The position numbers and the translations under genes are program-made. 64,000 nucleotides of DNA from Dicyema japonicum (Eukaryota > Animalia > Dicyemida). Within the stretch, counting starts at the first letter, position 1. Every line of letters begins with the position of its first letter. Shown in pieces: positions 39,131 through 51,258 of this stretch. Location: positions 786,154 to 850,153 of the forward strand of contig RDEW01000023.1 of the NCBI GenBank assembly GCA_011109175.1. The letters run 5' to 3'. The notes beneath the pieces are model-generated. The model saw only the letters and a program-made list of their open reading frames with translations. It was not told the origin of the DNA and did not search any database.

Positions 39131-40132
39131 ATTATATAAAAGAACAATTCCTTGTACAAATTACTGTCAATTAGTTTAGATGATCCGAGTTCCCTTACTT
39201 GGCTGCGAATTTTTACGTCCGTTGTCCTCCATTGTATCCACCGCTACCCTTAAGCACTTCCCTCGTGGTTGCACAGGAAATCGATTGGAAGGAGAATTTC
39301 TGGGTCAATCAACTTTCCTTTGCTCGTGACAAAGATAGACGAATTGAGTTTCTACCTTTTTCATAAAACTGAAGGAATTCGACTCCACATCTACGGGTCC
39401 TAGCTTCTATAAATAGAAAATCGATCCATAGATTTATATCGGCCAGCATTCCGACTGAAGGTTCTACCCATCAATGATGTATGCCGAGTGATGTCGTCAT
39501 CAGTGAATCAATGCAAAACCGGATCGTCTGCATAGGTCTCACACGCAACAAAATGAAGTTAGTACCATTTCTTGACTCGGTCCTCCCTTTAAACGATAAG
39601 TTAATATAACTGTTCTTTACTATAATAAAATTTGTTCTCTGCGGAGCTATAAATATTGTCACCTTCCGTACGTGGATTCCATCTAATTTTTTGCATTTTA
39701 TGACATTTTTCCTGACTCTATAATTAAATATAACAAAAATCAACAAACTATCGCTCTATTCCCTTGAGTGGCTTTTTGTTACTTTATAATTTTAAAATAT
39801 CGACGATTTTAATATAAATTACACCATTCAACTCAGAAAACTGTGGATTATACACCGCAATAATTTTCATTTCATTAGTGGAGTTCCCCGTACTAACGGT
39901 GACAAATATTTTGGCTCTCGTAAGAATGCGGACCGTATCGTGAATTGATTCCGTAGAGCATTGGTTTCTATAGAGAATCTCCATGCGATAAATGCATACC
40001 CCACAGCCGCTGCTATGTTGTGTTGGTAAAACTTCTTTTATCAAGTGTAGCGACATTGACCTAACCAATATGGCAAAATTGGTAGTTTTCAGTAAAAATC
40101 AGAGTAATTCCAAACAAAGTAATATTAATTTA

Positions 40133-42098
40133 TTATTCTTTGCATATTAGAGGTTCAGTTTCGTCGGTTTTGACGCCAATCTTAGTGTTTTTGAAAATGG
40201 AAATAAAAGTGGTCAACATGTATGATAACATGCCTAAATTATAAACATAGATTGCCCACATGATCCGTAGATCACTCCAAACATGATCCAAGACTCTTTC
40301 CTAATATGCACACAAATAATAAATGTAAACAAATTAGATATCACCGGCAAAAAAGGCATGAGCGGAGTCTAACTATAAAATCACGGCAAAACCTTGAAAA
40401 CTCCAGAATCAGTTAGCATGGGTATCCTCCACAAAATCAAAAGACACAGAAGAGATATTATGCTTCCAAAAATGAGAATAAATAAGTTTCCTTTATAGGC
40501 GTAAATTCCATGTTTCGTTATTAACGCGAAAATAAGCGAAAAAATAGCTAAACTGATATCATTTTGTACTTGGAATTGCGAGAAGTATTCTACAAAAATT
40601 TTTTTTCTTTTTTGTGAGCAAATTCGCTTCTGAGTAGTTCCCCCTGAAAACATATTTGTTGGAATATCGAATGTTGACTACCATAATGTTTAAAATTGCC
40701 ATCGAAATTAAAAGTGAAAGTCCAGTCAATTCAACGAGGATTTCCGTGGCGACAAACACGGAAAAAAATGCTTACTAAAATTACTAGAATCTACCCACTA
40801 TGACCCCGGCAATGAAGCAATTTCTTTTTATCATAATGTCACTGTCTTTGCTGTAGAATATTTTTGGGATAAGATTATCCAGCATCAAATAATAGAATAA
40901 ATGTCCCACAGCCATGATCTCCCCGTAAATCCTAAACTATGCCGGTTTATGCCAAACCCAGAGATTATTCCGCAGATGCATCCAATAGCGATGCTATAAG
41001 CAAGGAATTTTTCTCCATATTTATAAAAAACAGCCGAGAAAGGTGCCCCTACATCAGTCAAGTAATAAGGGGTCATCATGGAAATCACTATAGTGGAGGA
41101 TATGTAGGCCAACAAGGCGGCCAGCAAAGAGGAGATAATGCTGATTGGAATAGCTTTTACAGGGTTTTTGACTTCACTAACTAAAACTGACCATATACCC
41201 CCAACCAATCACAACGATTATATCGAATCCAGCCAGCGAAAAAAACGCCCCAACCGAGGCTACTATGATCCCCGATAATCCGTAAGGAGCAAATCCTCCT
41301 TTTCCGTAGGTTGAGGCAGAGGTGTTTGCATCCTACAAATAAATTTGAATCTAACAAATTTTATCTTCCAATTTTTTGTATCCGCCAATCGGGCACCTCC
41401 GACAACCACTGTAAACAAGACCAGTCCGTTTAAAATGACAAAGAAAATGGCAATTTTCTTAGAGTTTTCATCCTTGAATAAAAAGATTGCTAAAAATATC
41501 CAATTTATCCAACTCAAGAATCCTAGAATCAGAAGAACTGGGAGAGGGGTGAAGTAACTCATCAAATAGCCAGAATTTACAGAATATAGCGACGAAAAGT
41601 AGTTTGAAATCGCTTTATTACAGAGAGTGTCGATGTAAAAGGACATGGCTTGGTTCATGGTTGAAGCCCCTGGATTGAGAATCATGAATACCGAACACGT
41701 GGCTTAAGGAAAAGAGCAGTCCTAGTAATAATGCAGTAAACTCCCCGTAAATGGCATAACCAAAGGCATAAAATGAGGACGAATGAGGCATTCTGGTCCC
41801 GACCTCAGCGTACACGAGTCCTACGAATTCAGTTGAATCCAAAATTACCGTATAACATGTTTAGGACTGCAGCTATCAAAAAGGCAACGATTGTGGCCGG
41901 TCCCGCCTGTTTCTTTATCATTAAACCGGAGACCGTGTAAATCCCAGAGCCGACGATACAACCAATGCCTAAACATTAATGAACAGCGCCACAAATCATA
42001 GTCAGCTGAAATGGGCCGATGTGTCGGGTTCTCTGCCTCTCCTGGGGGGCCAAGTCAAAATATCGTCGTCTCGTTATGACTGAAAAGAACTTATTCAT
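40133..42098 (-). CDS. SLC7A: Cationic amino acid transporter (SLC7A/CAT family), multi-exon
   Basis: Spliced product: IGCIVGSGIY...AGPA...YAEVGTRMP...GE, GGFAPYG...GFD...EVKNPVKAIP, and a C-terminal FKTPLMPFLP. Introns are 22-28 nt where resolved; not every middle junction was traced. Confidence 0.9.
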
Positions 42099-42789
42099 TT
42101 GATTGTTGTGTGAAGACGTTGACATTAGTTTTATATTTAACGGTTTTTTATCACTTAATTTACTGATAATTTCACAATATCTCGTTTCTAGTGAATTCCA
42201 ATTTGATTATTTAATTTTCAATTTATTAACCACAAATTTAGAAGTTAGTTTAACCTTAAATTGGAACTGATTCAGATGGATCACATGATTGGGGAGATAA
42301 AGAACGGAGAAAACGAAAAAAAACCTTAATTTGATAACAGTCTTGAGTTATCGTTAGATTTGATTAAATTGTAATCATTATGAGGAAATGTTATCGATAT
42401 CAAATTATTTGTTTTTTCTAAATTAAATTTAAATATTTGAACACTTTCAGCTTCTCCAACATGTAATAAGTAGGGCAACCGTTTGCTATAAAATGCTATT
42501 TAATAAAAATGCACAAAAAATTGGAATTTTTATAAAAATAAATTTAATAATTGTGACCGGTTGACAACGACTCCAAATTGAGAACGATCCGCAAAATCGA
42601 TTTAACCGTTAAAGCCGTTTAAGCGTATGACGGAAAGTAACGGTCACCGGTTAAGACAGTTAAATGCGACCCATTAAATATCGGAACTTAACAAAAATTT
42701 ATATTGCTGTCTCTCGGACAGTAAATCAAGCGGGGAAACAGGAAACACTTTATTCAAACAGGAATTAGGAGTTAGTTTAAGGGGTTATT

Positions 42790-44690
42790 TATGAGTCCGC
42801 CTATGCTGTCTGAACACTTCCTACGCACCCCACCTCCATTTGATTTAGTTCCTGCGTCGGATCCCATTGATCCTTTTCTCTACAATGTATTTGAGTGGTG
42901 CGAGAATACTATTCTTTTCTGTACTCAGGACATCAAGCAGTTTTTTCTGCAAGGCAAACTTTATAGCTAACCTTCTCGATTTTTCTATTAGTAACATTAT
43001 CTTATCCCTTCGACGAGAGAAACACCATGCCTCACACCCGTATAGTAATCCTGGTAGTATAATCTTCATAAAGATAAATAAGGTCTCCAAGCTTATGGAC
43101 AATTTGCTTGTACAGAGAAGCGCTTGTAACGCCTTCTTCCTTCTTCGTCTGATATCCCCCATGAAAGAACCTTCCCTATCGATAACTATCCCAAAGTCTC
43201 AGTAGAGAGTCTTATTTCCCTCTTGGAGCACCAATCCTGCACTTGGTTAATGAATGATTTGATTCTTTTTTCCGATAGTGTTGACTTCCCAGACGTATCC
43301 GTAATCAGGATATCGTCTGCGTATATCAACAGTTTGGTGTTCGTATCCGAAGGAATTGGGAAGTCCGACAGAAATACATTGAACAGAAACGGACTCAAGA
43401 CAGAGCCCTGTGGAGAGCCTCTCTTAAATAGGATATCTTTTGACATTTTTGATCCAGCACGTACTCGGGAAGTTCGTCCTGTTAGGAAGTCCTTTATCCA
43501 TATGAAAAGTTTCTTTTGGATGTCAGCAGCCACTAGCCNTCTGATAGAAACACATTGAACAGAAACGGGCTCAAGACAGAGCCCTGTGGAACGCCTCTCT
43601 TCAATAGGATATCTTTTGACATTTTTGATCCAACACGTACTCGGGAAGTTCGTCCTGTTAGGATGTTCTTTATCCATATGAAAAGTTTTTTTTTGGATGT
43701 CAGCAGCCACTAGCTTTGATAAGAGGGCTTCATAGCACACGCTATCGAAAGCCTTGGACAGGTCCAAACACACCAGGTTGACTTGCCTCTTGAATTCCAG
43801 ACCTCTCAATACTACCGAATACATGTGGTGGATGCAATCCGTGCAGGATTTTCCAGATCTGAAACCACATTGTTCCGCGAGGAGGAAGCAACTCTCTTTC
43901 ATGTGCTCGTTTAGTCTCTTGAAGATGATTCTCTTTGCAATCTTAGAGATAGAGCAGATTAGTATGATTGGCCTATAGTTAAGGGGGTCTTTCCCCGACT
44001 TTCCTGGTTTTATTATCATCCTGACAATAATGGTTTTCTAGCGTCTTGGGATATATCTATGGTCAATGCTTGCGTTGAGCAATTTCTTCAGCACGAGCAG
44101 CAGATCTTCTGGGCCTCCCTTAAACAATCTCATCCTAATATAATCATGTCCATGGACGTTAGCTTTGCATGCTCTAATGACAATCACAACGTCCTCTGTA
44201 GTTATTTTTATATCAGTATTTTTGAGATCGTCCGGATAATAGGTAAAAAGTTCTTGTGAAACTCCCAGCTCTTCCCTCGGGATCAGCTCCATTGGGTTGA
44301 TTCCCTGGATACGGTCTAGTTGCTTCTTAAAGATATCTGGGACTTCTTCCGTAGAACATGATCCATTTTCTGACTTGGTCAAAGAGATTCTCATATCATT
44401 TTTTTTCTGGCCAGTTATTCTTTTGTAGATCTTCCAGAACGAGGGGTCTTTGGTGTTTAGTTTGCTTGCCTCGACTCTCCAACATTGTTCTTGAGTCAGT
44501 CTTGTTTCCTCTTCAATGGCTTTTTTGATAAACCCAGTTTTTGAGATTTCTAGATATGTATCTTCTGTAATGTTCCTAGTATAGCCTTGATAGGTCACCT
44601 GTGAACACTGACTCTGTAGTATCCGGAGCCAGGTTTGATCCGATCTTAAATAATGACAATAACAAAAATAACAACGATTTATTAACAAAA
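42790..44690 (-). mobile_element. Jockey/I-like LINE RT, degenerate
   Basis: KPGKSGKDPLNYRPI...QCGFRSGKS...LDLSKAFDSV...GSPQGSVLSPFLF...YADDI. Confidence 0.85.
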
Positions 44691-44939
44691 GAGTTAAGGA
44701 GTTTTCTGGAAAGTGTTACATCTGAGTCCTACCATAAGGCTTGAAATCCACACCTGGACCCTTCCTCCTTTTTTGTATTAATTTTTTTTCAGGACGTTTC
44801 TCCCAGCTTTATATACGTGTCCTGGTCTGGAAAGTGTTACATCTGAGTCCTACCATAAGGCTTGAAATCCACACCTGGACCCTTCCTCCTTTTTTGTATT
44901 AATTTTTTTTCAAGACGTTTCTCCCAACTTTATATACGT

Positions 44940-46520
44940 GTCCTGGATTTTTGATTCTTTCCTGAAACTATTGATCCGATCCTCCACAATTCTGCTAATC
45001 GTTTCTAAGAGCTTGTTTTCATTTTCACTTAGACAGTCTTTCAGTTTCTTGTTTAAAAAGAGCTTAATTGCAGCTCTCCTTGTCTTCTCTAGGAGGGATA
45101 AAATCTTCTCCCTCTTCGGAGAGAAAAACCACCCCTCGCACCCATAAATAGGCTAGGAAGAATAACTCCTTTGAAGATGAACAGGTAGGTGTCGCGGCTA
45201 ACGTGTAACATCCGTGTATATAGGAGCGACTGAAAGGCTCTCTTTCCCCCTCCCTTTATGTCGTCCATGTAATCTCCTGCGTGTCCGTAGTTGACCCCCA
45301 GGTAGCGCAGACTGTGTGTATTGTTTACTCCCAATGTGTATTCTTGTTTCAGGTGTTTTTTCACATTGCTTATTCGGAGTGCCGGGTGGCGTAGTGGTTA
45401 GGTGTCGGGCTAAAGTAACTTAGGTTGCGGGTTCGATTCTCGCTGCTGTTCACCTGGTGGAAGGTTCCACGCATCTACGACGCGAAAAGGGTTTGATGAG
45501 TGACGTTGTCATCAGTGGATCCTCACCGCGGAACTGGATTGTCTAGAAAAGACCCACATTCAAGAAAAAGAAAAAAAAGAAGTGAAGATTATTCCTTGGT
45601 TTTACGATTAATTATAATTAACTGTTCTTTACTTAAATAAAGTGTGTGTCCTGCCTATGCGAAGCTATAAATACTATGGCTCTCGTGAAAAGGCTTTATT
45701 ATTATTATTCGGAGTGCGCAAGATTTTTCAGCAGAGAACTTTAAACCTCTCAAGTTGCACAAATGGTCAATCTGGTCAACATATTCCCAGATTCTTCCTT
45801 CAGATATAGAAGATTTTAGAGATGTGTCCACCACGATTACGTCATCCGCATAAATAAGAAGACTAGTATTAATATTCCTCGGACGTGGAAAACTCAACAT
45901 AAATATATTAAACAAAATAGGGCTCAATACTGAACCTTGAAGTACTCCCCTCTTGAATGACATTGCATCGGATATTCCACGCACCTTCACAAAAGATTTT
46001 TTTACTGAAGATAATTTCTTAGCCAAACAAATAGGTATCTTGGAACACATGCTGATGCAATCTGCTTTAACAACGCTTCGTGACATACACTGTCGAATGC
46101 TTTCGAGATATCAAGTTTATTTGTTTAAATCAGAGCCGTTAAGTATCGAAGACTAACAAAGTATTATTACTATCATTTAGACATCTATGCAATCGTGGCT
46201 TTTAACTTAACAACTTTATTTTGTCTTTAAGGCTATTGTTCACATCGGTTGTGAAGTTAGCCACAAGGGATGACGAGCGTTGAGATCCCCACATATTAGT
46301 AAATTCTTCAGTCCGGAAAGGCAGAATATTTGGGGAACATAGTAAGTTGGACAGGAACCCTGTGGAGGGATGTACACATTCCAGGAATAGCTGGAATTTG
46401 ATAGTGATTTGCTTCAAAAGTTTAGAAATTTGAGGGCTTATGTCGGTACAGGTAATATTGTTCCTCACAATAGTGAGTAGGCCTCCACAGTGGCCTTTCT
46501 CCCGATCTATACGGATCACC
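44940..46520 (-). mobile_element. Second LINE copy of a related family, interrupted by a SINE
   Basis: GVLQGSVLSPILF...YADDV at 45655-46086, then LRYLGV at 45089-45364. The frame is continuous (CALRISNVKKH) once the SINE and one TSD are removed. Confidence 0.8.
45381..45704 (+). mobile_element. tRNA-derived SINE, copy 2
   Basis: A box TGGCGTAGTGG, B box GGTTCGATTCT, a (TTA)n tail, and TSD ttattcggagt at 45370-45380 and 45705-45715. Confidence 0.9.
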
Positions 46521-47052
46521 GTGTATACGGAAAAAGAAGGTGTTGGAGTGATTGGTGATAATTTGTATTTTTGGATTAGTCAAAAACGGCGGCAAAAAAT
46601 TCTTTTGGCAGCTGTAGTATCTTAAATCTGCTTAAATAATTCATATAATAGGAAAAAACCGACTAAACTGAGCCGATTTAACAAAGTGATTAATTAAGGG
46701 CAAAACAGGATCCCGACCTCAACCTTGTCGGTGTTGGATCATTTAGATACTTGAGGACAACATTTTTCCTTTAACAAAGTGATATAGGAAAATACGCAAA
46801 TAATATCGGCAATCGATAAAAACCAATAATTCACCAAAATTTCCAATTCTTCTAAAACTTTGCGTATCTCACGGTTCCGCCATTTGTTAATGAACACCAA
46901 TAGAAGGAAAGATCACATCCACTTTAAAGATATTTACTGCAGCATATGTATGTCATACTACACCACAGCTGCATCACCACCTCAACCTCAAACCAATAAG
47001 CTGACCATAGCATAACGATAAAGAAACCAAAATGTATAATCCATTAGCAAAG

Positions 47053-48381
47053 TCAATCAATTAAAGGGGAATAACTGTAATCTCTCCTTCTATATAATCC
47101 AAATACATATCCCCCCAAAGCTAACAACGGCAACGAAAAAATAACGGAAAACACAATATAGAACAAAGTCATGTTTTCCGGGACATCAGTTCCAACAGTA
47201 ACAGAAAAATGCCTAAAATACGACTATTTTACAACCACGCAGCAAATCCGGTAGACTGGTAGGGGTCTCCGCTGGTCAATGGAACTGTCAGAAAACATGT
47301 TTTTATGGTATCAAGGCCATCTTTGGTGGTTAGGTTAACACCATTAAGGGAATTCACTTGGACCAAATTCCCGTTCTCCCCCGCCGTTTTGGAAGACAAA
47401 TAAATACTCGGCCATTTCATGTATATTTGACCCATATAAGGATCCTTTTCACACAGCACCCGATTCATCTAGAATATGATAACCAAACAACATAAAAGAC
47501 TCCTGGAATGTGAGAATCAATGACCTGTCTTAGTCGACTCATTTCAACATGACAAGAGTTCCCCCACGAAGTGGTAAATTTGAAAATCAAACTAAAATTA
47601 AATAACTCTAATGTTATTAATTTAATATTTAATAATATTTTACTGAGATTTCTTAAATTTGCTGACATAATTATCCGCAATAATTTTAACCCCCAACTTA
47701 TTGTAGCTAAGCTGCAGGTTAGGATACGCCCCTGAGGACTCCCCGTTAATGATGAGCTAGTTATTAATTTAATATTTAATAATATTTTACTGAGATTTCT
47801 TAAATTTGCTGACATAATTATCCGCAATAATTTTAACCCCCAACTTATTGTAGCTAAGCTGCAGGTTAGGATACGCCCCTGAGGACTCCCCGTTAATGAT
47901 GAGCTAAGGAAATTTAAAATTTTACTAGAATATGGAATCCATGTGTTGAAAGGTTCAAATAGCATGTGTTAGGTCCTGATTCGCAGTTACTATAGTTGAA
48001 GGTCCATTTCATGTCACCAGGACATAAAATCGTCTTATTTCCTTCGAGAGAAACGTCAATAATCTAAATTTATTAATTTAAGGTGGTCAACCTCGGACAT
48101 AAAAAATCCAAAAAATTGTTCGTCTTTTAAGATTTTTGATTTATTTGAAGTAAATTTTTGTAAGTCATTGGTAGAATTTTTGACGAATATTTTAGGTGAT
48201 CCAATGTTTTCCACGGAATATTCAACCATTGAGCGGGAATCCACGTAGGTCACCTCAACAAAATCATGGTTGCCCATATCTTTGAATTTTTTGACTGTGA
48301 TCTTAATATTGTACTAAAAATGATAACATTTTTCAGGGAATTATATTTACTGAATAAAAACAACAAGACAACAAAAAACAT
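47053..48381 (-). CDS. GLMP: Glycosylated lysosomal membrane protein (GLMP/NCU-G1)-like
   Basis: Signal peptide MFFVVLLFLF; VEYSVENIGSPKIFV; C-terminal DPYQSTGFAAWHFSVTVG..P, a TM helix, and tail RRRDYSYSPLID* (YxxPhi). One exon is tandemly duplicated (147 bp), probably an artifact. Confidence 0.7.
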
Positions 48382-48899
48382 GAATTATAATTAATTTTTA
48401 ATTAATTATTTCAAATTAACTTTGTAAATTTAATTTTTATTTAAAATAAATTATTTTTAATGTGGATTTTGTAATTTATTTTTATATTCATAACACCGAA
48501 CCGACGCCTCTGGAGGCCCATATGATACTCGACTCCAGAATGCAGGAATCCAGCCCGTCCTGAACGATCATGCGCGGGCACGAGGTAGGAACACCGGTCA
48601 AAGATGAGCTCAATGGGTTCCGCGATTTTGGGATTCTAAATAATAATAATAAATTCATATTATTATTTAGAAAAATGGAATTTTTTTCAATTTTTTTCAG
48701 AACTCAATAGCCGCCATCATCCAGTCAGACTTCTTTGAGGTAGTTGATAGGCAGGTAGTTGTGGTTTTTTTAGTTGCCAGATTGAAGCAAGCATCCAATT
48801 TTCTCCTCGTGAGGGTTAACAAAATCGATAATTGCTCTGTCCTACATGATAGCAGCTAGTCTCCTACAAGTTACTAATGTCGTGGGACTAGATAATGCC

Positions 48900-49035
48900 T
48901 ATTTTCGGATACTGAAGGACATGATGTTTGAAAAGGGAACGTTTATTTTCGGTGGTATTCGGTATATTTGTTATTAAACAAAATTTTAACAATGAAGACA
49001 AAATACTAGGGTGTGGCCTTCAGTATCCGAAAATA
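48900..49035. repeat. 136-bp segment bounded by a perfect 19-bp inverted repeat (MITE-like)
   Basis: tattttcggatactgaagg (48900-48918) is the exact reverse complement of ccttcagtatccgaaaata (49017-49035). Confidence 0.6.
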
Positions 49036-50618
49036 ACTTTATAATCTTTTTTCTCGAATATATCAGAGTGTGACAGCCTCAAAATGACAAAGTCTCTTGA
49101 ACAACCCAATAGGCCGGAAATCAAACTACATCTGGATGCGTTCTCTAGATACGAGAAGAATCCTTCCCATTTGTTGGGATTAATCCGCTACAAACTACCC
49201 GCAGGAGAAATCCTGGTATGGACAATGGGATTACTTAACTTGGCTGATAACTCTTGTCCTCTTTTTTGTGGTTCCAGGGTTAATATATTAAATTAAATCA
49301 GTGTGACTCGCGAACCATTTGACCTAGCTAGATGGTGATTGGAAAACATTTGCAGCAAATCATTCAATCCTAATATCAACTGCTTACCAGGGATTAGCAA
49401 ACGGAACCATCCAGACAAGAAGGGGTGGACTAACAAAAAATCACAGGGAAACATAAAAGTTTATTCTTTTTTTNNNNNNNNNNNNNNNNNNNNNNNNNNN
49501 NNNNNNNNNNNNNNNNNNNNNNNNNNNNNNNNNNNNNNNNNNNNNNNNNNNNNNNNNNNNNNNNNNNNNNNNNNNNNNNNNNNNNNNNNNNNNNNNNNNN
49601 NNNNNNNNNNNNNNNNNNNNNNNNNNNNNNNNNNNNNNNNNNNNNNNNNNNNNNNNNNNNNNNNNNNNNNNNNNNNNNNNNNNNNNNNNNNNNNNNNNNN
49701 NNNNNNNNNNNNNNNNNNNTTTTTTGTTTCTATTCAACATTCTCATTTTGAATGGAAATATTCTCATTTTGAATGTGAAATGGTATAGTTGTCTCCAACA
49801 TTCAAAATACAGAGAATGATTCTAATCCCTGGCAAAACATCTGGTAAGATAAGACTGATATTACCAATCTTTTCACGTACTTCAATAGATTTTTTTCTTC
49901 ATGATGTAAATCTTTATATACATAGAAAATTAGCACATGGTTTAGAGAACTAGGAGAGTGTCGCGAATGCTATGGAATCGAATCCATTTAATTAAAATCT
50001 TGAATATCGAAATAGTGATTTAATGAAGGGAATTGTATCATCTTGTTCGAAGTAGTCATTAAGTCTTAAAAAATCCCTCGAAAGGTCAAGTTTTGACGTA
50101 GCTCTGGGGAGAAAAGCACGAGTTTTTTTAACTCTTTTTTAATTTCCCATAAGAAATATCTCAACAATGGCTATGATACTAAACGAAAAAAGAAAACCAA
50201 GTTAACTCATATTTTTAAGACTTTCAAACTAACAAGTGTTCACTAAGCTTCACTAAGCTTACTTGACTTTTGTCGCAAGCACTGATAAAGTGGAATACAT
50301 CCACGCTCGATTTAGTCGGACAAGTGATTAGAGTCAATAGTTAACTCATATATTAAGCCTTTCAAGCAAACAAAAGTTTAATCTAGATAATTCAGTTCAT
50401 ATGGTAAATTCCAATTAAAGGGAATTCTACAGTGCCAAACTTATAAAACAGCAGCACTCATATTAGCTTTAATTTATTAAGCTCCTTCAAACTGGCAAGA
50501 CCTCACTTAGGTGACTCGACTTTTATCGTAAGCATTACTAAAGGGAATATCTCAATGCCTGGGTTAAACGGTTAGATGATAAAACAAAGCACAATTAACT
50601 AACTCCAGAATATTCCGC

Positions 50619-51258
50619 CTATATTTGCAAACTCAACAAAAGTCAAATTCAAGTGAGCTTAAAATTCCCTCAACAGTAGCAGAAAAATTGCTGAAATTGG
50701 CATCCAACAGACAAGCCTGAACAAACTGAGGGACATCTTCCATGAATAACTGATTTATCCGCTCAGTCACTTCAAAAGGACTTTTAGTAATGTACTCCTA
50801 GCATGATTGAAACCACTACTTTGACAGCAAATGATAATGCAGAAGAACTTTTGACAAATTGATTCAAATATTCATAAAAGTCACCACAGCTTGTTTCAGA
50901 ATCATTTGGGGGTGCAAATTGGATACGAAATTTGCGGATTTTATACTGAAAATTAAATAATAATTACCTGTTTTCTGAAAATAAACAATAAAGTGTCTTC
51001 CCTTCGAAATATTTTCAGCCAATTTTCGCAATGACAGAGGAAAAAACACTCCTTTAGTGAAATTTATGTATTACTAAGATTGTGGAATTTTTTCTTATTA
51101 TTAGCTGATAATTTTCATTTATTTTTAGTTCTAATTTCTCAGATTCGATTGTCTATTATTATTATCATGTCTACATTCCATAATGGCTTTATACTGGAAG
51201 GTTTGAATTGCTGAAATGCGTATTTCACAAGACTAATTTTTTTGTTAATCATTTCCAT
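50619..51258 (-). CDS. REC114: Meiotic recombination protein REC114-like, 5 exons
   Basis: Introns of 22, 23 and 22 nt plus one of 20 or 29 nt. Product: MEMINKKISLVKYAF...LWN...ECFFLCHCENWLKIFRREDTLLF...IRKFRIQF...C...FVQACLLDANFSNFSATVEGIL, matching the REC114 signature motifs WLKIVRR.DCLLF, R.FRVQF and CLMDQNFPAFVEEVE. Confidence 0.85.

Noticed and set aside
45381-45452. Possible tRNA gene (also 8302-8370)
   Set aside because: No clean acceptor stem or Pol III terminator. It continues into a shared body, tail and TSD, so it is a SINE head.
49350-49470. Possible J-domain (TAYQGLA / RNHPDK across a frameshift)
   Set aside because: It needs a frameshift, helix I does not fit, and the region ends in a gap. 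Too weak to call.
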